Below, in pieces: positions 52,813 through 61,861 of a DNA stretch of 64,000 nt. Positions within the stretch are counted from its first letter, which is position 1; each line of letters starts with the position of its first letter. The notes beneath the pieces were generated by a model. That model saw only the letters and a program-made list of their open reading frames with translations, was not told the origin of the DNA and did not search any database. Source of the stretch: Thermoanaerobaculia bacterium (GTDB taxonomy: Bacteria > Acidobacteriota > Thermoanaerobaculia > Gp7-AA8); contig DATLFB010000033.1 in assembly GCA_035525285.1 (NCBI GenBank), positions 4,365 through 68,364 on the forward strand, given 5' to 3'. Made by a program: the position numbers and the translations under genes.

Positions 52813-54699
52813 CGCCCCACTCGCCACCACAGCGGGCCTCGTCTCCTGCGTCTCGTAAAAGTCAACGAGCCCCTGGTAGATCGCCTCCGCGAGCTGCTGC
52901 CGGTACTTCTTCGTCGTCAGCAGCTGGCGGTCCTTCCGGTTGCCGAGGTTGCAGACCTCGAGGAGCATGCGCGTGGGGACCTGGTTGTGACGGATCACGG
53001 CGGGGACCCATTCGCGGCCGCTGCGCACCACGTTGTCGCGCACGGGCGCGAACGGATGCACTTTCAGGCCGGTGCGGCGGAACGAGGCGATCACCGACTC
53101 CGCGAAATCGCGCGAGAGGCCTTCGGCGGCGAGGGCATCGTCGCGCGACTGCGTCACCGCCGGCTGCTCGCGCACTTCCGCGCGCGCGAGATAGATGTCG
53201 CCCTTCTTCCGATACGTGCCGGTCACGAGTCCTGCGCCGGGGATGTAGGCCATCGCGCCGCGCAGCGACGGATGCAGCGAGTCGGCATGAATGGAGAGGA
53301 AGACCACCTTCTCGCGCGGCACGCCGCTCTTCATCGTTCGGCGGAACATCGAGTTCGCCAGATACCAGCGGAGGTTCACGCCGACGATGGCGTCGTCGAG
53401 CAGATACGTCGGCGTGGTCTGGACGAAGTGATCCTTCGGCGCCTCGAGCACGTTCTTCTCCGGAATGCGGAAGCCGTTGCTCTTCGACTTCGTGGTCATC
53501 GACACCTTCGCCGCGCTCTGCTTTTCGAGGATGCGCTTGAGACGGCAGGCGACGTCGTAGACGTACGTCGACTCCCACACGTCGTCGTGCTCGGTGCCGA
53601 CGTCGCGGCCGCCGTGTCCCGCATCGAGAATCACGTGCACGCCGGCGAGACCGGCAGCGCGCGTGCGGCGTTTCGCCTGCACGCTCGCGCGCCGCGTCGC
53701 CTCGGCGGCGACGCGCGTCGGATCGTCCTGCGGCAGCCACTCCGGCAGCAGCAGATCCATCGGGATCTTCACCGCATAGCCGACCGGCAGCTTCGCGACG
53801 TCCTCGATCTCGTTGAACTTCACGACGCGATCGAGCACGTCGTAGACGTCCTTCGCGTAGACGCGGCCCGTGAAGCGGATCGCGACCGAGGAATAGAGCG
53901 CCTCCCCTTTTTGCAGCTTGTAGACGGCAAACGGTTCGGCAGGCCCGCGCTCGTAGCTCAGTGCGGCAGGTCCCGTTGAGACCACATCCGCAGACGCCTC
54001 CGGAACGTCTTCATCCGCTGAAATGCGTTGAGCCGGACCGTCCTGTGGCTTCCGAACCTCCGCTGCCGTCTTCGGTGCATTCTCTTCCTCCGAGCTCCCG
54101 CCGAAAGCGGCGGAGAGCAACCGTTTGGGAATGAGGATCACGTCACCTTTGCGCGTCGAGAGACCCTGAGTCGGATTAGCTTTGCGAATGAGGCTGTAGT
54201 TGGCGCCGTGGCCGGTGAACCACTCGGCGAGCTTCCAGAGCGACTCCCCTTCGACGCCGCGCGAGCCGACGACCACGTGCCGCCAGCCGTCGGGCTTTGC
54301 GCGATCGAGGGGGAAGAGCGTGGCGATGATGTCGCGCTGCAGACTGGGACGCAGCAGCGCGAACGGAACGCGCACCTGCTGTTCGTTTTTCAGGTTCTCA
54401 TCGGCCTGATTGAGCGCGGCGATCTCTTCCCACGCCGCGGCGTCGCCGGTGACGCGCCTGGCGAGACGCGTCCAGGCGTCGCCGCGATGCGCGGTCACCG
54501 TCACCTCGATCTCGTATTCGCGCGTGAGAACGGCACGCATCGCGGGCGAGATCTGGGCGAGGGCGATGGGAGTCTGCGTCGCGGAGGAGGCGGCGGAGAG
54601 AGGAATAGCCGCGAGGTTGAGGAACAACCACACCCACCACTTACGCACGGCGAAATTGTACACCCTGATTGACGTAGGGACCGGCTTCAGCCGGTCCAC
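52807..54699 (-). CDS. N-acetylmuramoyl-L-alanine amidase (Amidase_3, AmiC-like) with long N-terminal region
   Basis: Signal peptide WWVWLFLNLAAIPLSAA; catalytic domain ...VHVILDAGHGGRDVG...VVFLSIHADS... The N-terminal ~300 aa are presumably a peptidoglycan-binding or targeting region. Confidence 0.75.
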   Translation of the reverse strand: MDRLKPVPTSIRVYNFAVRKWWVWLFLNLAAIPLSAASSATQTPIALAQISPAMRAVLTREYEIEVTVTAHRGDAWTRLARRVTGDAAAWEEIAALNQADENLKNEQQVRVPFALLRPSLQRDIIATLFPLDRAKPDGWRHVVVGSRGVEGESLWKLAEWFTGHGANYSLIRKANPTQGLSTRKGDVILIPKRLLSAAFGGSSEEENAPKTAAEVRKPQDGPAQRISADEDVPEASADVVSTGPAALSYERGPAEPFAVYKLQKGEALYSSVAIRFTGRVYAKDVYDVLDRVVKFNEIEDVAKLPVGYAVKIPMDLLLPEWLPQDDPTRVAAEATRRASVQAKRRTRAAGLAGVHVILDAGHGGRDVGTEHDDVWESTYVYDVACRLKRILEKQSAAKVSMTTKSKSNGFRIPEKNVLEAPKDHFVQTTPTYLLDDAIVGVNLRWYLANSMFRRTMKSGVPREKVVFLSIHADSLHPSLRGAMAYIPGAGLVTGTYRKKGDIYLARAEVREQPAVTQSRDDALAAEGLSRDFAESVIASFRRTGLKVHPFAPVRDNVVRSGREWVPAVIRHNQVPTRMLLEVCNLGNRKDRQLLTTKKYRQQLAEAIYQGLVDFYETQETRPAVVASGAR

Positions 54700-54721
54700 G
54701 CCCGGCTGTAGCCGGGCGCTA
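54664..54721. repeat. Palindrome family J
   Basis: cgtagggaccggcttcagccggtccacgcccggctgtagccgggcgctacg, between the gatA stop and the amidase start. Confidence 0.7.
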
Positions 54722-56146
54722 CGTCACCAACAGCGGCTTGCGCTTCCAGTATCCCGTCTCGCTCTCGAAGAACTCCGCCGCGCGGAAGAGAGCGCGCTCC
54801 GCAAAGTGCGGCGCCATCAGCTGCAGCGAGAGCGGCAATCCATCCGCGCTGAATCCGGACGGCACGGCGATGCCGGGCACGCCGACGAGATTCGCGGGAG
54901 CGGTGAAGATATCGCTCAGATACATCGATAGCGGATCATCGGTCTTCGCGCCGAGCGTGAACGCCGGCTCGGGAGTGGTCGGCGTGATGAGGTAGTCGAA
55001 CGCGCGGAACGCCTCCGCGAACTCGTGGCGCAGCTTGGCGCGCACGCGCTGCGCGCGGCCGTAGTACGCATCGTAGTAGCCGGCGGAGAGCGCGAAGGTG
55101 CCGAGCATGATGCGGCGCTTCACTTCCTCGCCGAACCCTTCGCCCCGCGAGTCGAAGTACACATCCTCGAGCGTGCGCGCGCGCGCACTGCGATGGCCGT
55201 AGCGGATCCCGTCGAAGCGCGACAGATTCGCGCTCGCCTCCGCGTTCGCGACGATGTAGTAGATCGCGATCGCGTACCCGATCGTCGGAATGCTCGCCTC
55301 TTCGACGATCGCTCCGCCACGGCGAAGCACCTCCGCCGCCGCTTCGAAATTCGCGCGCACTTCGCCGGTCAGCTGTTCGACCGCTTCGCGCACGATTCCG
55401 AAGCGAAGACCGTTCACGCCCGCGCCGAGCTCCGAGGTGTAGTCGTCGACGGGCTGCGTGCTCGACGTGGAGTCGAGCGGATCGTGACCGGCGATCACGC
55501 GCAGCACTTCCGCGCAGTCGCGCACCGTCTTCGTCACGATGCCGATCTGATCGAGTCCCGATGCAAAGGCGACGAGTCCGGAGCGGCTCACGCGTCCGTA
55601 GGTCGGCTTCAATCCGACGACGCCGCAGAACGCGGCCGGCTGCCGCACCGAGCCGCCGGTTTCCGATCCGAGAGCCGCGGGCACCATGCGCGCGGCCACC
55701 GCCGCGGCGGAGCCGCCGGACGAGCCTCCCGGCACGCGCGTGAGATCCCACGGATTGCGCACCGGGCCGAACGCGGAGTGCTCGGTCGACGAGCCCATCG
55801 CGAACTCGTCGAGATTCGTCTTGCCGATGATCGATGCGCCGGACGCGCGCAGCCTCGCGACCGCGGTGGCGTCGAACGGCGAGACGAAGTCGCGCAGGAT
55901 CCGCGATCCGCAGGTCGTGGGCATGTCCGTCGTGACGATGTTGTCTTTGATCGCGATCGGCAGCGTACTGTGGAGGACAGGCAATCCTGCCTGTCCGGAC
56001 AGGCAGGATTGCCTGTCCCCCACGTGCAGGAAGGCGTGCACGTCTTTGTCATGCGCATCGATCGCACGAAGGCACGCGTCGACGTACTCGCGCGGCGAGA
56101 CGCGATCGCGTGCCTCCGTCCACGGCAGCGAAAGCAGTTCACTCAC
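54719..56146 (-). CDS. gatA: Glutamyl-tRNA(Gln) amidotransferase subunit A, with an in-frame palindrome H insertion near the N-terminus
   Basis: GTG start 56146 overlapping the gatC stop. Amidase signature ...GGSSGGSAAAVAA...; segment ...HVGDRQSCLSGQAGLPVLHS... is encoded by palindrome 55963-56026. Confidence 0.9.
   Translation of the reverse strand: MSELLSLPWTEARDRVSPREYVDACLRAIDAHDKDVHAFLHVGDRQSCLSGQAGLPVLHSTLPIAIKDNIVTTDMPTTCGSRILRDFVSPFDATAVARLRASGASIIGKTNLDEFAMGSSTEHSAFGPVRNPWDLTRVPGGSSGGSAAAVAARMVPAALGSETGGSVRQPAAFCGVVGLKPTYGRVSRSGLVAFASGLDQIGIVTKTVRDCAEVLRVIAGHDPLDSTSSTQPVDDYTSELGAGVNGLRFGIVREAVEQLTGEVRANFEAAAEVLRRGGAIVEEASIPTIGYAIAIYYIVANAEASANLSRFDGIRYGHRSARARTLEDVYFDSRGEGFGEEVKRRIMLGTFALSAGYYDAYYGRAQRVRAKLRHEFAEAFRAFDYLITPTTPEPAFTLGAKTDDPLSMYLSDIFTAPANLVGVPGIAVPSGFSADGLPLSLQLMAPHFAERALFRAAEFFESETGYWKRKPLLVT
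55963..56026. repeat. Palindrome family H inside gatA, in-frame
   Basis: gtggaggacaggcaatcctgcctgtccggacaggcaggattgcctgtcccccac. Confidence 0.85.
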
Positions 56147-56423
56147 CGCCGATGACCTTCGGGACGACGAAGAATCCGTCGCGCCACGCCGGCGCGTTCT
56201 GCGCGACGAGCTCGCGGTCGAGTGACGCCCGATGCTCGTCGGCGCGCAACGGCGTGACAGTCGCGTCGCGCTCTTCGAATCCCTCGACATCGACCTCGCG
56301 CAGCTGATCGATGTAGGTCAGGATCTTCGTCATCTCCAACGCCATGCGCTCGAGGCCGGCGTCATCGAATTCCAGATGCGCCAGATCCGCGACCCGGCGG
56401 GCCTCCACGGCATCGATCTTCAT
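56139..56423 (-). CDS. gatC: Glutamyl-tRNA(Gln) amidotransferase subunit C
   Basis: 94 aa; MKIDAVEARRVADLAHLEFDDAGLERMALEMTKILTYIDQL... Confidence 0.85.
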   Translation of the reverse strand: MKIDAVEARRVADLAHLEFDDAGLERMALEMTKILTYIDQLREVDVEGFEERDATVTPLRADEHRASLDRELVAQNAPAWRDGFFVVPKVIGGE

Positions 56424-56445
56424 CGGCCGCGGAGTGTATCAAGGC

Positions 56446-58173
56446 TCACGCGTTCATCGACGCGTTGACGAAATCCGCGAAGCGGCTCGCCATCTCGGCG
56501 TCGAACTGCGTGCCCGCGGCCCGCGCGATCGTCGCCAGCGCGTTGGTCGGCGACTCGGCGGGCTGGTAGCTGTCGGGATCCGTCATGGCCTGATACGCGT
56601 CGCAGATCGCCACCAGCCGCGAGAGCGCGGGGATCTCTTCGCCGTGCAGCTCGTTCGGATAGCCGCGGCCGTCCGGTCGTTCGTGATGACAGAGCACCGC
56701 CCGCGCGAGCTCGGGGCCGAGGAGCGGCTCGACGATCGCGGCGCTGACGGCGGGATGCTCGCGCAGAAATCCGAGCTCCTCCTGCGTCAGATCCTTTTTC
56801 CGAAAGAGGCGCTCGTACTCGAGCAGGCGCATGCCCGCGTCGTGCACGAGTCCGACGATGCGCGCGTTCTCGACTTCCGCGGGCGGGAGCGCGAGGAAGC
56901 GCGCGAAGCTCTCGGCGAGCTTCGAGGTCCGTTCCGAATGACGCTTCAGCTCCGGATACTTCGTGAAGTCGGGCTCGACGAGCTTCTCCGCGACGCGCTG
57001 GCGCATCGCCGACATCGCGCCGCGTTGCATCGACTGCTCGATGACGAGCTGCAGATGCGTGTGCAGCGCGGCGAGCAGTTCGTGCGCGCCGCGATCGGGC
57101 GTGCCGCTGAACGCGACGGTGAGATAGAGGCCGCGCATCGAGCCCGCGATGATCGGCGCGGTGAAGACCTTCTGCAGCTCGTTCGCACCGATCGCCGGAC
57201 CGGAGGTCCCGAACGGCGTCGACACGGACGCGCGTGCATAGCCGCCCCCGCTGCCACGCTTCGCGAGCCAGAGGTTCAGCTTCGACTGCAGAAAGTTCTT
57301 CGCCTCCTCGGAAAGCGTGTTGCGCGCGACGATCTCCTGCACGCCGCCGAGGTGGCCGTAGGCGGAGAGCGAGACGGCGACGGCGCCGGGAATGAGGAGC
57401 ATGTTGCGCAACGCGTCGCGCGCGGCGGCGAGATCGGCTTCCGAGAGCGACTCCGGCGGCGGTGCGACGATGCGCCCGGCGGCGGTGCGCGCTTCGAGGA
57501 CGAGCGTCGCCAGTCGCGGCACGTGCACGCGCGCGGCCTCGCCGGAGGCAGCGGGCTGCGGTGCGGCAGCGGCGGGTTTCGGCGGAGCGGGCGGCGGAGG
57601 CGGAGGCGGAGGCGTCGCATACGGCTTCTCGCGCACGGGCGCCTCGCCGCTGATGGCCGGCTCCTTCGCGGTTTCATCTTTCGGAACCGCGGAGTGCTCG
57701 CCGCTCATGTTCGAGAGGGCGATGTAGCGGAGGCCGAACACGTTCGTGTTCGCGAAGAGCGCAACGATGCGCTCGGCGATCTCCTGGGCGCGCTCGGCAT
57801 CCGCTTTCTCGAACGGCAGGCGTCCGGCCTTGTCGCGCATGTCGATGACGCCCACCAGTTTCCCGCGCGTGTAGAGCGGCGCGGCGAGGAGGCGGTCGGT
57901 CGACGACTCGAACAGCAGCTCGGAGAAGCGCGGCTCGACGGCGACTCCATTGACGTAGAAAGCCGTGCGGCCGCGGCCGCAGCGGTCGATCAGCGGATCG
58001 TTCGTGTCCGCCGACGTGCGGGCCGTGCCGCGGAAGCCGTACTCGGTGACGAGCTCGAACCGGTTGCTGCCGTCGAAGAGGTAGAGCGCGGCCTTGGTCG
58101 CGCGGATCTCCACCGCGCAGTCGTAGAGAATCTCCTTCAGTTTCGGCCGAAGCTCCTCGACCTCAGGATGCAC
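56446..58173 (-). CDS. GAF domain plus HD-GYP domain protein (putative c-di-GMP phosphodiesterase/signal transducer)
   Basis: N-terminal GAF-like (LKEILYDCAVEIRATKAALYLFD...), Pro-rich linker (PPPPPPPPAPPKP), C-terminal HD-GYP (...IVGLVHDAGM...AVLCHHERPDGRGYP...). Start uncertain (candidate GTG 58173). The ORF-track start 58251 lies in palindrome G and overlaps the selW-like gene. Confidence 0.7.
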   Translation of the reverse strand: MHPEVEELRPKLKEILYDCAVEIRATKAALYLFDGSNRFELVTEYGFRGTARTSADTNDPLIDRCGRGRTAFYVNGVAVEPRFSELLFESSTDRLLAAPLYTRGKLVGVIDMRDKAGRLPFEKADAERAQEIAERIVALFANTNVFGLRYIALSNMSGEHSAVPKDETAKEPAISGEAPVREKPYATPPPPPPPPAPPKPAAAAPQPAASGEAARVHVPRLATLVLEARTAAGRIVAPPPESLSEADLAAARDALRNMLLIPGAVAVSLSAYGHLGGVQEIVARNTLSEEAKNFLQSKLNLWLAKRGSGGGYARASVSTPFGTSGPAIGANELQKVFTAPIIAGSMRGLYLTVAFSGTPDRGAHELLAALHTHLQLVIEQSMQRGAMSAMRQRVAEKLVEPDFTKYPELKRHSERTSKLAESFARFLALPPAEVENARIVGLVHDAGMRLLEYERLFRKKDLTQEELGFLREHPAVSAAIVEPLLGPELARAVLCHHERPDGRGYPNELHGEEIPALSRLVAICDAYQAMTDPDSYQPAESPTNALATIARAAGTQFDAEMASRFADFVNASMNA

Positions 58174-58192
58174 GGGCGAGATTGTAAGCGAG

Positions 58193-58247
58193 GAGGGCGG
58201 ACCTCCCGTCCGCCGGTCGGAATGGCGGACGAGACGTCCGCCCTCCT
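58193..58247. repeat. Palindrome family G, immediately downstream of the selW-like stop
   Basis: ggagggcggacctcccgtccgccggtcggaatggcggacgagacgtccgccctcc. Confidence 0.8.
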
Positions 58248-58475
58248 TCAACTGCTCAGCGAGCGCAGCTTCTCGACGATCTCGCTCTCGGTCGGGAAGC
58301 GCCCTTCGCTGCGCTTCGAGAAGATCACGCGATTGTCGACGGAGACGTCGAAGATGCCGCCGCTGCCGCGCACGAGCTCACTCTCGATGCCGAGGCTCTT
58401 CCGGATCTCGGCCGCCAGACTGGAGGCCCGGGGAAGGTAGTTTCAAACGCCGCAGTAGTCGATTCGAACGCTCAC
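58248..58475 (-). CDS. SelW/Rdx-family selenoprotein (75 aa) with selenocysteine encoded by in-frame TGA (CxxU)
   Basis: Minus-strand translation from GTG 58475 (GTGA overlap with the PP2C stop): MSVRIDYCGV-U-NYLPRASSLAAEIRKSLGIESELVRGSGGIFDVSVDNRVIFSKRSEGRFPTESEIVEKLRSLSS. TGA at 58443-58445 falls exactly at the CxxU redox position. Downstream ...GGIFDV.V....I.SK...GRFP... matches SelW-like proteins (compare human SelW YCGAU...[21 protein letters not shown]). Missed by ORF calling because of the internal TGA. Confidence 0.6.
58405..58442 (-). promoter_or_regulatory. Candidate SECIS-like stem-loop downstream of the UGA (Sec) codon
   Basis: mRNA after UGA: AACUACCUUCCCCGG-GCCUCCA[GUC]UGGCGGC-CGAG. 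Imperfect GC stem with a G/U-containing apical loop beginning ~15 nt after UGA. Not folded computationally. Confidence 0.25.
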
Positions 58476-59242
58476 GTCGACACGGTCCTCACGAGCACGG
58501 CAGTGACGTTATCGAGTCCGCCGCGCTCGTTCGCGGCATCGATGAGCTGCTGACACGCCTTCTGCAGGTTCTGGTCGTTCTCCGTCACCACGCGCAGGAT
58601 CTCGTTCTCCGGAACCATGCCCGTCAGTCCATCGGAACAGAGCAGATAGACATCGCCCGCCTGGGCGGCGATCTCCGAGGCGTCGGGCGTGACCTGCAGC
58701 GCGCCGCCGAGGGCGCGCGTGATCACGTTGCGCAACGGATGCTTCTCCGCCTCCGCCTCGGTGAGCATGCCCGCCTGCACCTGCTCGAAGACCCACGAGT
58801 GATCGTTCGTGATGCGCGAGAGCTGCCCTTCGCGGACGAGATACGCGCGCGAGTCTCCCACGTGCGCGACGGAGACCTTTTCCTCGTCGGCCATGCAGGC
58901 AACGATCGTCGTGCCCATGCCGCGCAGGCGGGCGTCTTTGCGCATGGCCTCGAGCACGCGCGTGTTGGCGAGGCGCACCGCGGCCATGAGGCGGTTCGTC
59001 GTGCGCGAGTAGTGCTCGTCGTACGCGTGTGGCCAGGTGCCGTCGTCTTCTTTGGTGTGGAGGATGAACTCGGAGATCGAGTCGACGGCGATGCGTGAGG
59101 CGATCTCGCCCGCGGCGTGCCCGCCCATTCCGTCCGCCACCAGGAAGAGCTTCGCGTCGCTCTCGACGAGGAACGCGTCCTCGTTGTGCTGCCGCTGGCG
59201 GCCGACATGGGTGAGACCGTAGGCGCTGATTTCCATCTGCAT
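58472..59242 (-). CDS. PP2C-family Ser/Thr protein phosphatase
   Basis: Start ATG 59242 (ATGA overlap with upstream stop). ...HVGRQRQHNEDAF...LVADGMGGHAAGEIAS...GTTIVAC...VGDSRAY...CSDGLT...GGLDNVT. Confidence 0.85.
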   Translation of the reverse strand: MQMEISAYGLTHVGRQRQHNEDAFLVESDAKLFLVADGMGGHAAGEIASRIAVDSISEFILHTKEDDGTWPHAYDEHYSRTTNRLMAAVRLANTRVLEAMRKDARLRGMGTTIVACMADEEKVSVAHVGDSRAYLVREGQLSRITNDHSWVFEQVQAGMLTEAEAEKHPLRNVITRALGGALQVTPDASEIAAQAGDVYLLCSDGLTGMVPENEILRVVTENDQNLQKACQQLIDAANERGGLDNVTAVLVRTVST

Positions 59243-59886
59243 CAGCGTTTCCCGAAGATCGAGAAGCCGCCCTTCGCCTCCCTGGTCTGCCGCAGCTCGG
59301 CCAGCGCTGCCTGGATGTCGGCGTTGGAGGCGTCCCACTTCAGGGCCTCCTCGAGGTACCGCTCCGCTTTTGCCACCAGTCCTGCCTGACGGCAGATCAG
59401 ACCGGCGTCCTTCAGGAACAACGGATTCAGCGGCTCGCGCTGCAGGGCGCCTTCGATGGCCTGCACCGCCTGGCGGGTGTACGAAGGAATGCGGGCGGCC
59501 GCGAGGGCGAGGTAGTGAAACGCCTTCGCGTCCTGAGGATTGTGCTTCACGGCCATGTCGAAGTTTTCGTACGCCGCGCTCGCGTCGTTTTCCTTGAACG
59601 CCTTCACGCCCTTGGCCAGATACGCCTTCGCGACCTGCGCGAAATCGGCAGGCCCCCGCCCGCCGCCGCTCACGAGCTCGGAATCGTGCTGCTTGCGCCT
59701 GGCCGCGTTCGTCAGCACGTTGACCGCCTCGGTGAGGGTCTGGAACTTCCGCTCCGCCTCGGCCTTGTCCGAGCCGCGATAGCGGTCAGGATGGTTCTCC
59801 CGCGCGAGCTTGCGAAAGCGATCGCGGATCTCCTCATCGCTGGCTGACCGATCGACCCCGAGGATCTCGTAGTAGTTGACCTTCAT
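59242..59886 (-). CDS. DnaJ (J-domain) plus TPR-repeat protein
   Basis: MKVNYYEILGVDRSASDEEIRDRFRKLARENHPD (J domain with HPD), followed by TPR-like helices. Confidence 0.7.
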   Translation of the reverse strand: MKVNYYEILGVDRSASDEEIRDRFRKLARENHPDRYRGSDKAEAERKFQTLTEAVNVLTNAARRKQHDSELVSGGGRGPADFAQVAKAYLAKGVKAFKENDASAAYENFDMAVKHNPQDAKAFHYLALAAARIPSYTRQAVQAIEGALQREPLNPLFLKDAGLICRQAGLVAKAERYLEEALKWDASNADIQAALAELRQTREAKGGFSIFGKR

Positions 59887-60986
59887 CCGGTTTTCTGGGT
59901 ACGGGACAGATAGAGTTTCTTGGCCATCTCGCGGACGACCTGCTGGACGCCCTTGTCGTCCTTCAACCCTTTCAGATCTCGTAAGATTAGTCGATTGATG
60001 AATGGCAGGACAACCCCCACAGGCGTCTTCGGATTCTTGCAGAGGATGAGCATGATGTTGTACTTGCCCGACCAGTCCTTCTTCGCTCCGATGAGGCGGA
60101 GGACTTCCGGCTCCACGTTGCGCATGCCGGCGATGCTCTCGATCTCCGTTTCGGTGATGCGGGGGTTGCGCATGACCGCGGTGCAGATCAACCTGTTGCG
60201 GTCGCGGACGAGAAGCATGCGCAGCATGCGGTCCCCTTTGAACGAGAGCTGCACTTTCTCGGACACGGAGAGGTACTGCAGCTTCGCCCAGATCGCGAAC
60301 TTCCGGGTGTCCTTCTTTTCGCCTTCGAGGAGCGAGAGCGTCTGCTCCGCCGCTTCGGGCGGAGGCTCGGCCGCGGCGCGCTCGAGCAGATCGGCGATCG
60401 GTTCGAGAGGGATGTCGGCGAGCTCCTCTTCGAGCTCCGCGACCACGGCTTCCATCGGCTGCATGCGCGCGCGCTTGTCGAAGAATTCTTCGCGCGTCTC
60501 GAGCGCGCGGCGCTTTGCATCGGCTGAGAGCGCTGGATTCTCGAGCAACGCATCGAGGATCTGCGGCGCGCGAAGAATGCGCGCCTGATTGATGACGATG
60601 ACTTCCTGCAGCCTCCCTTCCGCGCGCCGGGCGAGCTCGGTGACCGCGGAGTCGGGAACGGTGCGATTGCGAATCAGGAGCTCGAGCACGGGACTGTCGC
60701 TGGTCGCGTTCATCAGATCGACGAGGCGCTCGACGGGAATGCCTTCGTTCGCCGCGTAGTCCAGCACGACGCGCGTCGGGATCTCGCCGAGTGCCGTGCG
60801 CGCGAGCGCGCCCACTTCGCGGTCGTTCGACGCGCTGAGATACGCGAGCACGCTGATCAGCTCCTCCTGCGGCAGCGGGAGATATCCCTGAGCGATCGTC
60901 ATCACCACGTCGCGCGGGTACGTGCCCGCCTCGATCAGCGGAATCACCGCCGCGGCGGTCGGCTCCGTGAAAGGTGCGGTGCTCAT
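59883..60986 (-). CDS. Hypothetical alpha-helical protein
   Basis: 367-aa ORF translationally coupled (ATGA) with flanking genes. No clear motif. Confidence 0.4.
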   Translation of the reverse strand: MSTAPFTEPTAAAVIPLIEAGTYPRDVVMTIAQGYLPLPQEELISVLAYLSASNDREVGALARTALGEIPTRVVLDYAANEGIPVERLVDLMNATSDSPVLELLIRNRTVPDSAVTELARRAEGRLQEVIVINQARILRAPQILDALLENPALSADAKRRALETREEFFDKRARMQPMEAVVAELEEELADIPLEPIADLLERAAAEPPPEAAEQTLSLLEGEKKDTRKFAIWAKLQYLSVSEKVQLSFKGDRMLRMLLVRDRNRLICTAVMRNPRITETEIESIAGMRNVEPEVLRLIGAKKDWSGKYNIMLILCKNPKTPVGVVLPFINRLILRDLKGLKDDKGVQQVVREMAKKLYLSRTQKTG

Positions 60987-61855
60987 GGCTGAGGTTCCTT
61001 GTACTCCTCGACGCGCAGGCTTTCCAGTGACTGGCGATCGAACACTCGATTCTTCACCACTTCGCCCTCCCCGCCGAGAGGAGGGATTTCGATGTCGTTG
61101 AGCCGCAGCGCGATGCCCGCGGCGTTGCCGATCGTGCGGAAGCGAAACTGCTCGGCCGCCTCGACGCTTCGCCGCTCGCCGCGCACCATCTCCGTGTTGA
61201 TCACGGTCTTCCCGTCCGCTTCGAGCGTGACCCAGGAGTTGTCCGTGACCTCGACGGTGAGCCGCAGCATCGAGTCATCCGCCGGCTGTTTCGGCGCGGG
61301 GACGGTCACCGCCCCCGGCACGGCAGTTGCCGCGACGGCGATCGACGTGTCCGCCGCGGCATCGTGCTCGCGGCGCTTCTGCTGAATCGCCCACCACGCC
61401 ACGGCAGCGAGCGCGCCCGCGATGAGCGCGAGCACGACGAGATTGCGATCGATGCGCGCGTAGACCGGAGGGATGCCCCGCTTCGGTTTCGGCTTCGGGG
61501 CGATGTCGCGCACGGGCGTCTGCGGATACTTCTCGATCTGGGGCGGCTTCTCGATGCGGTCATCGAGCGACGAGGCGTAGTTGTAGCGATTGACCATCTC
61601 CTCGGCGTTCAAGCCGACGTAGCGCGCGTACTCGCGCACGAATCCGCGCGTGAAGACGGGAGCGGGAAGGGTCTTGTGATCGTTGCGCTCGAGGGCCTCG
61701 AGAAACCGCCTGCTGATCTTGGTCGCGTCGGAGATCTCCTTGAGGGAGATGCCGCGGATCTCGCGCTCGCGCCGGAGGTCCTCGCCGAAGGCGGCGAGCT
61801 CCGTGGGGCGGCCGCCCAGCGGCTGCGGGTCCTGATCAGGCATCCGGCCGGCCAT
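60983..61855 (-). CDS. RodZ-like cytoskeleton protein (XRE-type HTH, TM helix, C-terminal DUF4115-like domain)
   Basis: ...LRREREIRGISLKEISDATKISRRFLEALE (HTH)...TM VVLALIAGALAAVAWWAI...C-terminal ...LTVEVTDNSWVTLEADGKTVINTEM... Confidence 0.6.
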   Translation of the reverse strand: MAGRMPDQDPQPLGGRPTELAAFGEDLRREREIRGISLKEISDATKISRRFLEALERNDHKTLPAPVFTRGFVREYARYVGLNAEEMVNRYNYASSLDDRIEKPPQIEKYPQTPVRDIAPKPKPKRGIPPVYARIDRNLVVLALIAGALAAVAWWAIQQKRREHDAAADTSIAVAATAVPGAVTVPAPKQPADDSMLRLTVEVTDNSWVTLEADGKTVINTEMVRGERRSVEAAEQFRFRTIGNAAGIALRLNDIEIPPLGGEGEVVKNRVFDRQSLESLRVEEYKEPQP

Positions 61856-61861
61856 TGTAGG

